This document shows positions 43,591 to 58,046 of a stretch of DNA of 64,000 nt, one piece after another. Each line of letters opens with the position of its first letter. Within the stretch, counting starts at the first letter, position 1. The notes below the pieces were generated by a model. The model was not told the DNA's origin, did no database searches, and saw only the letters and a program-made list of their open reading frames with translations. Source of the stretch: Octopus vulgaris (taxonomy: Eukaryota); contig OX597821.1 of NCBI GenBank assembly GCA_951406725.2, positions 20,770,001-20,834,000 of the forward strand, written 5' to 3'. Both the position numbers and the translations under genes were made by a program.

Positions 43591-43735
43591 AACAAGAAGA
43601 ACATCATCATCATCAGGAAGATGAAGAAAAGGAAGAATAAGAATAAGAAGAAAACGAAGAAGAAGAAGAAGAAGAAGAAGAAGAAGAAGAAGAAGAAGAA
43701 GAAGAAGAAGAAGAAGAAGAAGAAGAAGAAGAATG
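43195..43735. repeat. (GAA)n microsatellite
   Basis: Directly visible; source of the poly-R/E/K/F/L ORFs. Confidence 0.95.
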
Positions 43736-44466
43736 TAATTGTTTGTAAAAGTTATTTGGAGGTAGATGAAGATATTTGAATGAAAGTTAAAACTGAGAAT
43801 TTAAATTTTAAATGTATCAACCTTATAAATGAATGGAATTCAATATTCATATTGGTGTCCAGTATCAATGCAAGGGACACTGTAGGTTGTGCGGTGGAAT
43901 TTCGACAAAGAATAGCTATTATCTGGGCAGCAGTTTAGTACTGTAACGTGGTGGTGGTGGTGGTGGTGGTTTGTGTTTTACGCATGACTAGGAGTTCGAG
44001 CAGCATGTCAATGCATGCTAAATAAGCTGAATTAAAAAGCAAGTAAAATATTTTTTTAATTGCTTCGAAACATTAATATTGGAATTATCCTATTTCAGAT
44101 GTACAACGAATGTGATACAGCATAGATATTGTGTTTAAGAGAATTGACAAAATTTAAATAATAAAGTAATGACTATAGAAATATATTGACGAAAGGTCAA
44201 GCGCATTTAATGAAGACCAAATATTGTTATTCATGTGAAAATCAAATTGTGATATCAATAAAAACAACAGAATTTTTGTACATCAGCAACAACAAAAACA
44301 ATTAGTGTTACTTCTACTCCTAATGTTTCGAGGAAATACAAAGTCGACCTCGGCGGAATTTGCACTCAGATCATAAAGACGAACGAAATGTCGCCAAGCC
44401 TTTTCGCGGCATGCAAATGATTCTGCCAGTTTGTCGCCATACTACTACTATTACTACTACTACTAT

Positions 44467-44537
<71 letters not shown>

Positions 44538-44574
44538 ACAACAACAACAAAAATAATAATAATAATGAGGACTT

Positions 44575-44895
44575 CATTTATCTGCCACAAGGGCGATGGT
44601 TGAAGGGGACAATACAAAGACAAACATAAGGTACGGGAGTTTATATAACATGAAATGATAAAAGCGAGAGAGAGAAATGAAGCAACTAAGTATACGCGGT
44701 ATACACTGTAAAAAAATGGAGATTTGCATAGCATACAAAGGTTTAAAAGAAGATTGGTGAGGAGGCTGATAGAAAGGTGACTCTCCTGATACAGGAATGC
44801 CTCTAGGCATAATCGAACAACCCTGCTGTCCGAGATTTCCCTGAAAACCCAAGAGCATGTGCCTCCTCCAATTCCTTCTGTCCGACTCACTGGTC
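44575..44895 (-). mobile_element. Probable LINE 3' end (Tx1/L1-like) whose terminus matches the SINE family B tail
   Basis: Minus strand ends gtctttgtattgtccccttcaaccatcgcccttgtggcagataaatgaa; upstream sequence is not SINE-like. Confidence 0.45.
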
Positions 44896-44914
44896 TACAC
44901 TTAGAGTGTTACCA

Positions 44915-45130
44915 GGGCGGCGAGCTGGTAGAAACGCTAGCACGCCGGACGAAATTTGTAACCGTATTTCGTCTGTCATTACGTTCCGAGGTCGACTTTG
45001 CCTTTCATCCTTTCGGGGTCGATAAATTAATTACCAGTTACGAACTGGGGTCGATGTAGTCGACTTAATCCCTTTGTCTGTCCTTGTTTGTCCCCTCTGT
45101 GTTTAGCCCCTTGTGGGTAGTAAAGAAATA
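44915..45130 (+). mobile_element. SINE family B with 19-bp target-site duplication
   Basis: TACACTTAGAGTGTTACCA at 44896-44914 and 45131-45149; further antisense family B copies at about 44340-44440 and 45150-45340. Confidence 0.93.
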
Positions 45131-45549
45131 TACACTTAGAGTGTTACCATCCTTTCTGCTATAGAAATTTAGGGGTGTGGACGAGTCGATTTCATCGACC
45201 ACATTGCTACACTGGTACATAATTTATCGAACGCGAAAGGATGAAAGGCAAACTCGACTGCAGCGGAATTTGAACTCAAAACTTAAGGACGTGACAAAGG
45301 GAAATTAAGCATTTTGTCTGATGTGCTAACGAGCTGGGGCTCGAAACAGCTTTGTTTACTTTCGGCTCTTACACTCCCAAAAAACTTTGCTTCCATGTGG
45401 CTACTCCAGAGACGTGCTAATCAATTAAATATATATCATAAGTGTGTATGTGTGTGTGTGCGTGTTTGTGTGTGCACGTGTGTGTGTGTATGTGTGTGTG
45501 CGTGCCTACATTCATGCGTGGGTGCGTGTATATATATATATATAATAAT

Positions 45550-45652
45550 AAATATTAGGGAATAAATCCAAACTTACAGGGAAAAATCAGATTTAGGATT
45601 GAATCCAATTTTATAGTAAAATATTATATTATATTAAATTGTCTCTAATTTA

Positions 45653-45660
<8 letters not shown>
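45550..45660 (-). mobile_element. Collapsed copy of the 24010-24355 palindromic element
   Basis: aatattaggg..aaacttacagggaaaaat.agatttagga is shared; ends in a short inverted repeat atattaaatt..aatttaatat. Confidence 0.7.
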
Positions 45661-45728
<68 letters not shown>

Positions 45729-45871
45729 ACTAGCTATATATATATATATATATATATATCATACATACATTCATACGTGGGTGTATATACATATTTGTAA
45801 CACTGAACTCATGTCTATTTTACGTAACTAAGACCAAAAGATTGCAATTTTCTCTACCTCTCTCTTTCTCT

Positions 45872-45905
<34 letters not shown>

Positions 45906-46673
45906 CTCTGTATCAGTGTATCTCTTTCACTCAGTTTAATTATACTTCTGTCTGTTTCGTTGTATTTGAGTATGTGTGTATGTGTGTATGTGAGACTGTG
46001 TTTGCGCGCATGAATTTGTGTCTAAGTGTACTATGTTTCAGCAGGCGTGCCTTTCTACAGAAGCATACGCACGTTCACTAATGAAGCTTGGAAAATAATC
46101 GAAGTATAAGATTGAAATTCTAAAACAATCATGTGTGATTATCGAGCAAGATAAGGATTGTCATATGAATTAAAATAGATTTTGTTGGATTTGTTTAAAG
46201 AAACACGATCAAGACTATCTAAAGAACTGAAGATTTAGTATCGGTTCGAAATTCGAAATATTTTTCGTCTCGTTTGGGAATTAAAATATTTTGCTTTGTT
46301 TATCAGTTAGCGTAGATAATATCGACTTGACGTTTTGTTGACGATTAAATAAATATATTTGTAACAATACTAGATTATTGATTCGTGAATGTCGTTATCG
46401 AATGTATTGTTCGCTGAATGATATTTTAAATCTTCCTGAATTAATATCACTGTTATTATTTTGGGGTAGCAATCCATATATATATATATATATATCTGTG
46501 TGTCTGTGTCTGTGTCTGTGTAGTTCTAATATATTTATATATATAATAAGATGAATGGGGCGATTTTCATGTTTTTATATGTCTGCGTGCATATAATTCA
46601 TCATCTGTTTTATATGCGTATAGTTCGTGTATAGATACATATATGCCAACATGTATACATACATAATACATAC

Positions 46674-46746
<73 letters not shown>

Positions 46747-46964
46747 CAGCCGAAATTGCGAGGATAATCCGGTTCTTGACTGAGGGTTAGAGGCTTCGAA
46801 TGAACCGTTTGTGTTTTTTGTATCGTCTATTTGAATATTTTGCGTTCTTGTCCCATTTTATATTTTATATATACATACATATATATATGTATTACTACCT
46901 TCTATGTGTATCTCCTATTTAGTACAGGGGGTGTTTCAATTATGAGCACTTACTCCTGTATGTA

Positions 46965-47010
<46 letters not shown>

Positions 47011-47049
47011 CGAAAAAGGAGGATTCCCAAACGATTTCTATTATAGATC

Positions 47050-48744
47050 CTTCATATTTTGCTGGTAGCTCATTGGCGTAAGTTTGCGAATAAGAAAACA
47101 ATAATTGTATATGGTGTGTTATGTGTATTTATGGAAGCAAATCCCATAAATCTCAACAACTTTGTTAAAAATGGAGAAGAGATGTTATTAAAACTTAAGA
47201 CAATTTTAATTCATGCAGGCGATTGTTTCGTACAGTGATATTAAAATCATGCAAATCCATGGTCGAAGAGGAATAAGTAAATTAATTTTAAATTAAATTA
47301 ATTATATATTACGGTTCTCCTCAGTGCAAGCAGTATAAACCCAAAAGATTATTTCAAAAGACTTTATAAAGAGAATAGCAGAGAATGATTTCAGATATTC
47401 CTATGTATCCTTATGTGAGTCTAGTTAGGTATAAAGGAAAACCAAAGCAACTAACGCTTATTTGACAATATATGTGAAAAAGGTTTTATGAGATGTTCCC
47501 TCTATAGAAAAGTAAGGAGATAAATAATTCTAACTCTAAATAAGTCGTGTGTGTAAAGGAAGTTGTATAGAAAAGTCCAGCGGAAAAGCATAGCTATGTT
47601 TGAATTAGGATGTGACCTGCCAGTTATAAACAATACTAAGTGTGGTGTTTGGAATTTGTAAATTTCTTATTAATTATATTTCTAATGGATCTAATAAAAT
47701 TAGATTCGATATGTTTGGCAAAAGATATTATGATCCAAGTAGTGCTATTGGTGTATTCCTTATTGGAGTGATGGGTTATATTTGGGAGGTCAGCTATTTT
47801 CACACATGATATTGGTTTCTTTTTCGCTATTTTATTCCTATTTATATTAATATGATTTCTGTGGTTATGTGTACTATTGGAGGGATTAGTTGAGATGAGA
47901 TTATTTTCATCTTTTATGTTTATTGGGTTAATATTATTATTTTTATCTATAATTAAGTATTTTTGGTGTTTGTTCCTAGTATTCTTGGGTTTATCAATAT
48001 CAATATTAATGTAATTAGTAAGGTGGGAATTGCTAACGTTTATATTATTTTTTTCTTTTAGTAATATTTAGGTTCTGGTTCTGGTATTGATTAAGTTTAT
48101 TAGTATGTTTATTGTAGTTGTGAATTCCGTGTCTATTGCTAACGTTGTGTTGATTACTATTATTGAGTTTTATTTATGTTTGTCGGGGTGTCCTAATTCA
48201 ACAGGTGACTTAGGTTCAGTGATAATATCTATGTGGTTCATATCAAGATAAATTTTAGTATTATTAGTAATGATGCTATCGTTTTAATTGTACTTAATTT
48301 CATATGTGTATCCTGCCTTCTTAAGTGCTAGATTATAATAGTCTTTATGTTTGTTAAAAATTTCTTCGTTAGATGTTGATAGATTAGTTCTTTTTTCTAT
48401 GTTAGTGGTCAGGTTTTTATAATGTTATAAGGATGGTTACTTTGAGCGTTTATGTATGTGATATTGTTGTTAAGTTTATGGTAAGGCTGACAGAGGAAAG
48501 ATTAAGATTACAGTTAACACCTAGGAAATCCACAGAGTTGTTATCTTTTTGAATAGTAATAGACAGTCCTTGGTTTTTGAAAAAAATTGTATAGTCTAAT
48601 TTTGTAGAGTTCGAGTAATCTTTTGGGGATATTTCCAAAGAATAGTGCGTAGTCCCGATAAAGGCCACCATCTAATACAGGGAATTCTTCTTTATAAGTT
48701 GTTGTGGCAGTTAAATTCCGATGAATTACCTCTGCGGAGGTAAA

Positions 48745-48745
<1 letters not shown>
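47050..48745 (-). mobile_element. Penelope-like element relic (RT C-terminal/thumb region and 3' non-coding end)
   Basis: FFKNQGLSITIQKDNNSVDFLGVN..; INAQSNHPYNIIKNLTTNIEK..NEEIFNKHKDYYNLALKKAGY. Confidence 0.82.
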
Positions 48746-50243
<1,498 letters not shown>

Positions 50244-50800
50244 ATAGTAACACAAATAGGATCCATACAGAAAGGGGTGATAAAAACAGTACAAGGAGTA
50301 TAAAAAGAAAAGAAATAATTTATTGAAAACGAAAACATGCCGAAAAAATGAAAATATTTAATCGGGAGCATTTCAGTTTTATCTAAAATCTAAACAAACA
50401 TGATTAAATTACGAATATAAAAGACTATTTTAAAAGAACAAAAATCTGGAATTTGAAAAATGTGATAAATTTTAACGAAATTACTTTAAAATCAATGGGT
50501 ATTAATGAAAGGAAAAAAAAGCGTATGAAAGTTAGGAGAAATATCCAGATTTGTTGTAGTGGAATCCGATAAACGATGAAAAGCCTATTTTACGATATTT
50601 TGGGGGACTTCTTAAGAAATTCTATGCAAATAAACGAATAATATTCAGGATGTATAAATAAGAATGAGATGTCTGAAAATTGATGCAGACATACACAAAA
50701 CATGCAGTACCGAAAGAATATGTAAACAATTACCAAAAATATCTAAGCACTTTACACACACACACACCACACGCAGACATATACACATACACATACACAC

Positions 50801-50837
<37 letters not shown>

Positions 50838-50841
<4 letters not shown>

Positions 50842-51243
50842 CTCTTTTACTCTTTTACTTGTTTCAGTCATTTGACTGCGGCCATGCTGGAGCACCGGCT
50901 TAAATCGAGCAACTCGACCCCGGGACTTATTCTTTGTAAGCCCAGTACTTATTCTATCGGTCTGTTTTGTCGAACCGCTAAGTTACGGGGACATAAACAC
51001 ACCACCATCGGTTGTCAAGTAATGCTAGGGGTCAAACTCAGACACACAAACAAACGCACACATATATATATATATATATATACATATATACGACGGGTTT
51101 CTTTCAGTTTCCGTCTACCAAATCCACTCACAAGGCTTTGGTCAGCCCGAGGCTATAGTAGAAGACAGTTGCCCAAGTTGCCACGCAGTGGGACTGAACC
51201 CGGAACCATGTGGTTCGTAAGCAAGCTACTTACCACACAACCA

Positions 51244-51245
<2 letters not shown>
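50838..51245 (-). mobile_element. Full-length SINE family A
   Basis: Close reverse complement of 24449-24880. Confidence 0.92.
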
Positions 51246-51278
<33 letters not shown>

Positions 51279-51537
51279 TCATTTTTACATATCTACAGGT
51301 GGGGGGAAAATGTCTCAAACGAAATTTTCCCAAATATAGTAGCTGATAGCCTTTCATATTTACAGAAAATGAGGGTTGGGCTTATATGAAAAGACTGCCT
51401 TCAGATATTTCTGTAACGTCTGCTGCCATTAATAGCTGACGAGAATGCATCGTAGCCCTTCGCTCCGACATTAGAGACTCCGAGTACTATAATGACAACT
51501 TTTTACTGTTTGTGCTAAATTATAACTTTACATACAC

Positions 51538-51615
<78 letters not shown>

Positions 51616-51856
51616 ATGTATGTTTGTATGTATACACATTAAACCATAACACATATATGCGCCATTATTCTAGTTCACTATTTTCCTCTTTCAGAATGTT
51701 GCTCATTCCGTCATGCGCTATCTGGCGCATTCACTCACATTCGTACTGAAGCATATAAATTATACGCATACATACAGGCATGTATATGTGTATTCCTCCG
51801 CCTATGTATTTTACTTAGGGAACGAGAAACGGAGAGAGAGTGAGAGAGTGAGAAGG

Positions 51857-51905
<49 letters not shown>

Positions 51906-52658
51906 TATAGATAGAGAGTAGATGGATGAAGGAAACCGACACAAGTGGACTAGAAAAAATACCAATTTCCTGGCTGCATGAATATTATGAAAAAATAAAA
52001 ACAATAGATTTGCTCGAATTCTTGATCTTAACTATTTCCCTAGATTGTATTGATTTTACTTCCCCCTCCCCTACATTTTTCTGTTGTTGCTAAACTTAAA
52101 AAATGACGCACCGTTTCTCATGTAACTGCTTAAAAAATATATATTTGTGGATTTGAAAATTATTTTCGACGAACCTAATCAATTTGGCTTCATTAGATTG
52201 ACATTGTACTTTAGAAACGGTAGTTTTACCGTAAAAATACGTGTTACCAATAAGAAATAATTAATATTTTTGTACATATCCTACGCTTATTGGCCATATG
52301 GGTGTGTTTGCGTGCGTGCGTGCGTGCGTGCGTGCGGGTCATACATACACACTACATATACATATATATACACACACACACACACACATACATCATACAC
52401 ACACATATATACACGCATATATACACACATCATCCTACCCCAAAAAATTCTTTAACCAACACACATCTATTTTCTCCACCCTGGAACCAATCAAAAACAG
52501 CCCCCCCCCCCACACACGCAGACACTTGTATACGTGTATGTGCACGCACACAGGGACACACACACTCACACCAATCTCACCTCCATACAGGCACATATAT
52601 ACACATGCAGCACCATGTCAAATGCCATCCACACTCATGCATGCGTACACACGCACGC

Positions 52659-52696
<38 letters not shown>

Positions 52697-53232
52697 CACC
52701 ATGACAACCACACAGACTTGACAAACAGACGCCATCTGACCAAATACTACAGACACACAGACACATCTATTCACACCACATGTATATGTATGCACGCACA
52801 CATACACGCAGAGTCACACATATTCACCTCATCCTAACCCCAAAATCATTGATGCTTGAAGGAGAGCCAAAAAAAGAAAAAAAACGGGTACATCTTTTTC
52901 AATTCCACATTTCTGCTAAAACGGACAGGTCAGTAAACAACCTCGCCACTACATTAATGTAAATCTTGATGTAAATTTTTTTGAATTCATAATATTCTGT
53001 ACTGAACTCTTTTTGATAATTCCTCCTGGAAATTACCCTGAGATGTATAATATATTTGTTTTAATCTTTTCTGCCCATTTTTTCAATGAGGTTGTTAAAC
53101 CTCTTTATATTCTCATCATACTGTTGTACTTTTTTATGTCCTTAACATGTCCCTGTTACCAAAGACTGTATATATACATGTAATGTAGCAATTTGCAACA
53201 ACCAATAATTAACGCAACCAAACTTCCATATG

Positions 53233-53277
53233 TTACTTTTGACAATCTTTTTCCAAAGAGTGAAACCGGTTAAGTAA
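53233..53277 (+). ncRNA. Degenerate minimal type I hammerhead
   Basis: UUACUU/AAGUAA stem I; core mutated to UUGACAA; UCUUU/AAAGA stem II; GAAAC-CG-GUU. Confidence 0.5.
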
Positions 53278-53316
53278 ATAAACATCTTTTAAATTGCATT
53301 TTCAAACCTTCTTTCG

Positions 53317-53396
<80 letters not shown>

Positions 53397-53529
53397 GCAA
53401 TACGAATGTATTACTTTCCAGTAAAAGATAGCCCATAAGGGTAAAATTATTCATATAAAAATAGATAAATGGTACAACAAGGCACCAATATTTACTGGAA
53501 AATAGCAATCGTAATGAATACGACCCTCA

Positions 53530-53742
53530 CTTTTGCCGAACCGATACATTAAGGGGACGGAAATACACCAACGACGGATGTCAGATGATTGTAGTCGGAC
53601 AAGCACAGACACAAGTGTACAAATATAGTCAGCCTGAGGCTAAAGTAGAAGACACTCGTCCAAGGTGCCAGGCAGTGTGACTGAAGCCCGAAACATGTGG
53701 TTGAGAATCAAACTTCTTACCACCCAGCCACGTCTGTACCTA
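53530..53742 (-). mobile_element. SINE family A, internally deleted
   Basis: ttttgccgaaccg, gtcagcctgaggctaaagtagaagacac, cttcttaccacccagccacg. Confidence 0.82.
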
Positions 53743-54070
53743 CGTGTAATATTCAGATAATTGTACACTTGAAAGACAATGCAACTTAGCTTATATACAA
53801 GAATATCTTATTCATTTATAATTTGACGCGGCTGGATATCATTCAAAACTGTGTTGATGTCAATGGCTCTCTAATTCCAACTACGTCTATTTTCAGATTG
53901 AGATCAAAATAAGGTGTAAAAACATTTCGGGTTTCCATTGATGCGTTCTGTTAATTGGCAAAAGCTAACCACAAATAGTGCCATATGATGTAGGATACAC
54001 TCTCAATGCAGAGTTTTCTATAGGTTTCTAAAATTTCATAACATCATTCAGGTAGGTAGATATTGTAATA

Positions 54071-54430
54071 TACGAAGGGGAATCTCTAGCAACTCTTCTA
54101 CGTGGTGAAATACACCACGTCGTTATTTGACGTCGTTATATATCAGTTCTTTAGCGACCATGGAAGCGTGGAAGTTGCGCCGATTGAATTATATTGATGG
54201 GAGACATACCGTGCAAAATTATGCGCGATAAGTTCGTACCTGTGCACTACTAAGCAACATTAATGGCACGATTGGACAGTTTTTCTGTAAATTGATATTG
54301 TAGTATATGACAGTATATGAAAAAGAGTACATAAGTGCGAGTTCAAGATGCGTAAGTTGAAGTCTCGTAATATAATATTTGAGGAAGGTTTCTTCATCTC
54401 TGAGTATCGAGATAACGTGTGACAAAAAAT
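54071..54430 (+). mobile_element. Possible decayed mariner 5' end
   Basis: Begins TACGAAGGGG (TIR-like) with MARLDSFSV at a plausible distance; no partner TIR seen. Confidence 0.3.
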
Positions 54431-54890
54431 GATGGTTTCACACACTATGCTCCTGAATGAATGCCTAGGTTTTCTAGATATTTCTTTTCAATGATTGTTT
54501 ATTAGGGTGAGATAGATTCTCGTTCTGTCATAGGAAGTTGAATAGGTAGCTCTATAGACCAAAGCATTTTAAGAGTACAGTGAAGAGTGATGAGATTCAG
54601 TGTGGAAGCTTGTTCTTTTTTTAAATTTTGTTATAGTAGTTTTCGATTTTAGAAGTTATAATGTCTACAAAACGGTAGCTAAATACATTATGCATATTAG
54701 AGATTCCTTAAAATTATGTGTGAAATGCTGTTTCATCTGGGGCAGAAAACTGTCTCTAATTTGTTTGAAAAAAGCTGGCTAATTAGTGAGAGACGGTAGA
54801 GTGATGTTGACTGAATAGGGGATTAGACTTGATTAACTTTTCTCAATTTTTTCCGATTTTGAGGTGCAATCATAGTCTCCACATGAAGCT

Positions 54891-54960
54891 GCTGGGTAAA
54901 CGCCTAGTGTCTCTTTGCAGCTGGGTAGACGCCTAGTATCTCTTTGCAGCTGGGTAGACG
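54891..54960. repeat. 29-bp tandem repeat, 2.4 copies
   Basis: gctgggtaRacgcctagtRtctctttgca repeated. Confidence 0.9.
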
Positions 54961-55249
54961 AAGGTTCTACTAACATCTATGACCCTATTTCTAATTATAG
55001 CGGGAAATTAACGAAGTTTCAATGGATTGAAACTTCTGGCTAATGGACTGAAGCTTTCTGACTCATCACTCTGTAGACGTGGCATTTGCATGTCAAAATG
55101 TTTAGAGTAACATCCACTCTAAATATTGTTTGAATTCGTAGTAACGGTTATAGTTAGATCGAACTCTTTGAAGATGAGTATTAGAGTTTTTTTGAAATTA
55201 TTTGTGGTTTGGACGTCTACAATACTTGAGATAACCCGTTCTAAACTAC

Positions 55250-55810
55250 TAAACTATGTGCAAGGCCGAACTGTATGGTATGTACGCTTATTTGTTTCGA
55301 GGGAACAGAATTATTCGACGTGGTCAGTGACTTCAGCTACATCGCAGATCTCATAAAGACGTCAAACAGCCATTTCCCTTCTATCTTACGCAGAGGAAGT
55401 AATCACGAAACAAAAGTTATTTTCTATCCTCCGGAACTAGTTACCTCGGCGTTGCTGATTCCAGCGAAGGATTCTGGTGTCATCAGTAGTACAGATTTTG
55501 GCATGGAACGATAGAAATCTATGATGCCAATGCTCGTTGGATCTTGAAGCTGCGTCACTCATAATACTGTATAACCTGCTGTTGAAGGTGTTGGTGAAGA
55601 CCCATTTATTCAAACGTTTATCTTTCAGACAGCGGAGTTCGTGACATCGACAATACTCTTATTAGCACGCCTATTGTACTCATAGCAGTGTCACCTAATC
55701 TGCATCTAGAGTTGGAAAAGGTGAGGCCGTCCGTTCTTCTGTCGTTACAAAAAGTGATTAGCACCATTGACGTTCTCTAATACGTTTTCTTGAGTGTTTG
55801 GGCGATGATG
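55250..55810 (-). mobile_element. Old CRE/R2-like REL-endonuclease non-LTR relic
   Basis: IIAQTLKK..NDRRTDGLTF and KQISVHTIQFGLA resemble the DGRRPDGLT and QRISIAIQRGNA motifs. Confidence 0.4.
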
Positions 55811-57253
55811 TTAATAAGTCTTTTATGTGTATGTGTTTTATTTCAGCTACAGCATTTAGTTTATTGCTGAGGTTATTGTACGTTAGGTTATTGTGTGGAG
55901 TTTGACATATAATTGTTTAAAGAATTTACGTTTTTGATGATCTATATCAAATTAACTTCGATGTCCTGAGTACTAACGGCCTGGGAGATTACTACGTTTA
56001 TCTGAACCTGAAATTATTTACGGAGAGGTGAAGGTGGTTGCATTCTAAAACAATTAAGCATCCTATCACATAGACCTGATCATACTTACTGCCTTCTCAG
56101 TAAAATATGTCAGCTAGAATTTTTTTGATGGCACTTAGGCCTTACTCAATAAATACAGAAAGGCTTATCTCTACATCTTGAACTGTCTGTTACTTTTTCT
56201 ATGTGACGCTGGCAGTTGTGGATGAAGATTTAGAGATAGGTACAAAAGAGAACAGAACTTAATGCAAGTGGCAGTTAAATTTTATTTATCAAAAGTTTGA
56301 ATCACAACCACAGTTTTTAGTGTTTTCTTAGACATGAACATCAATCTAATTTATCAAATAGCAAGGATCGCAATGAAGATAAATAAAAATGTGTTCCCTT
56401 TGTTCGCGTTGTAACTCATTAATCAGTTAACTTTACTTGAATGAATCGACAAAACAGCGACAAGAAATAATTCTTTTTGTGGTACTACATATTGGAGACA
56501 ATTATCTTGGTCACTTGAAAAGGAATAATATTTTTATGCCAAAAGCCACTTTCTTACTCACAAATAAAAATAGATGCATTTAGAATGCGTATCTTTAAAT
56601 GACATATTTGTTAGTGTTTTATCAGATTAATAATACATTTATGCAAATTTCATGTTAAAACTCATGAAAATTCCACATATGCTGAAAATTTAGTATAAAT
56701 TTATCTGGTATGTTATGATTTATATTTATATATGATATCAAATTAAAGGAAATTTAGGAAGGTGAATATATTCAACTATAAATTAGAAAATAACTTATAT
56801 GATAACAGTAAAGCAGATTAAATTAATGGCGAATACAAATTAGAATGCATATTTGCATAATCTGAAATAGTTGTTATATATATGAATATTAGTTTGCGTT
56901 CAAATACTGTAGGCGGATTGTTATCTATAATAAAATTAGCTTCATAAATAGACATTTTTTTTAAAATGTTATTTGCAAATCAATAATTGTATAACCATAT
57001 TTGATAATATGACATAACGTATGCGTTCGAAATAAAACAAAGTATATTTAATAAAGCCTTTGCTCATACAGATCCAATATATTTTAAAACTATCATATTT
57101 GTTTCAGTATTTTATGTTTAGAGCTGTACGTTCGTTTCCTTATATGATTACAACCGCTAAATATTTTTCATTAAGGTGACATATAAATTAAATCTTGCTC
57201 GTACGTTCTCTTGTTTTTAATACTCACCTGCTTTCAAATTTTTTTCTGTATAT

Positions 57254-57550
57254 AGGTTCAATTATGACAGTGTGGGCAAGAAGCTTGCCTTCTAATCATG
57301 CGTCCTAGGTTCAGTCGCACTGTGTGATACTGGGAAGTGCGTTCTAATTTAGACCCATGCTGAGTAATGCCGTGTGTGTGGATTTCGTTGAGGAAAATTG
57401 AAAGCATGTGCGTGTGTATGCATACGTATGTGCATGTGTTTGTGTGTGTCTGTGTGTGTATGTGTGTGTGCCAGTGTGTATCTTTGAATTTGAGTTGAAC
57501 ATGGATGGACAATCGGTGTTGATTTGTTACGATTCCATTATCAAACAGAC
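57254..57550 (+). mobile_element. SINE family A, old degenerate copy
   Basis: gtgtgggcaagaagcttgc..ggttcagtcgcactg..gtggatttcgt..gacaatcggtgttg. Confidence 0.72.
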
Positions 57551-57990
57551 CATCGCCACCTTCAGCTATTCTTAGGCTTCTTTAGGACAATTTTTCAATT
57601 CCAGCTATTCTGCTTTATTACATTTCGGGAAGAAATTTGAAAAGACATGGGATCTATAGTTTGTTTTCTATGTACGTTCCGGCACTGCCTATCGTTTTAA
57701 CCCTCAGACATCCAGTATAACAATAGCAGTTTTGTTATGGCTGCTTTATGCAACGTTGTACTGGATTTGTAAGTACTAGGTTTGTAAGTTTAATATACAA
57801 AGAACATGGTTAAATGACTTCTCATATAAAGAAAATCGGTGCAATAAAATAAATAAAGAGCAAAATAAATATATAGATCCGGCTCCGAAAATTCCGAAGT
57901 CTGCGATGAACCATTTTTCGATAAAGACACGTACGAACATATGTATGTACTATGTCCATATTATGCATGTAAACATGTGTACATACAAAT

Positions 57991-58046
<56 letters not shown>

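Noticed and set aside
46745-46810. CGGUUC/GAACCG-closed hairpin with UUGACUGA and CGAAU
   Set aside because: Core spacing is non-canonical and stem III is absent; kept only as an unclassified repeat end.
54891-54960. 29-bp repeat as a possible CRISPR-like array
   Set aside because: Units are head-to-tail without spacers, in a eukaryotic context with no cas genes.
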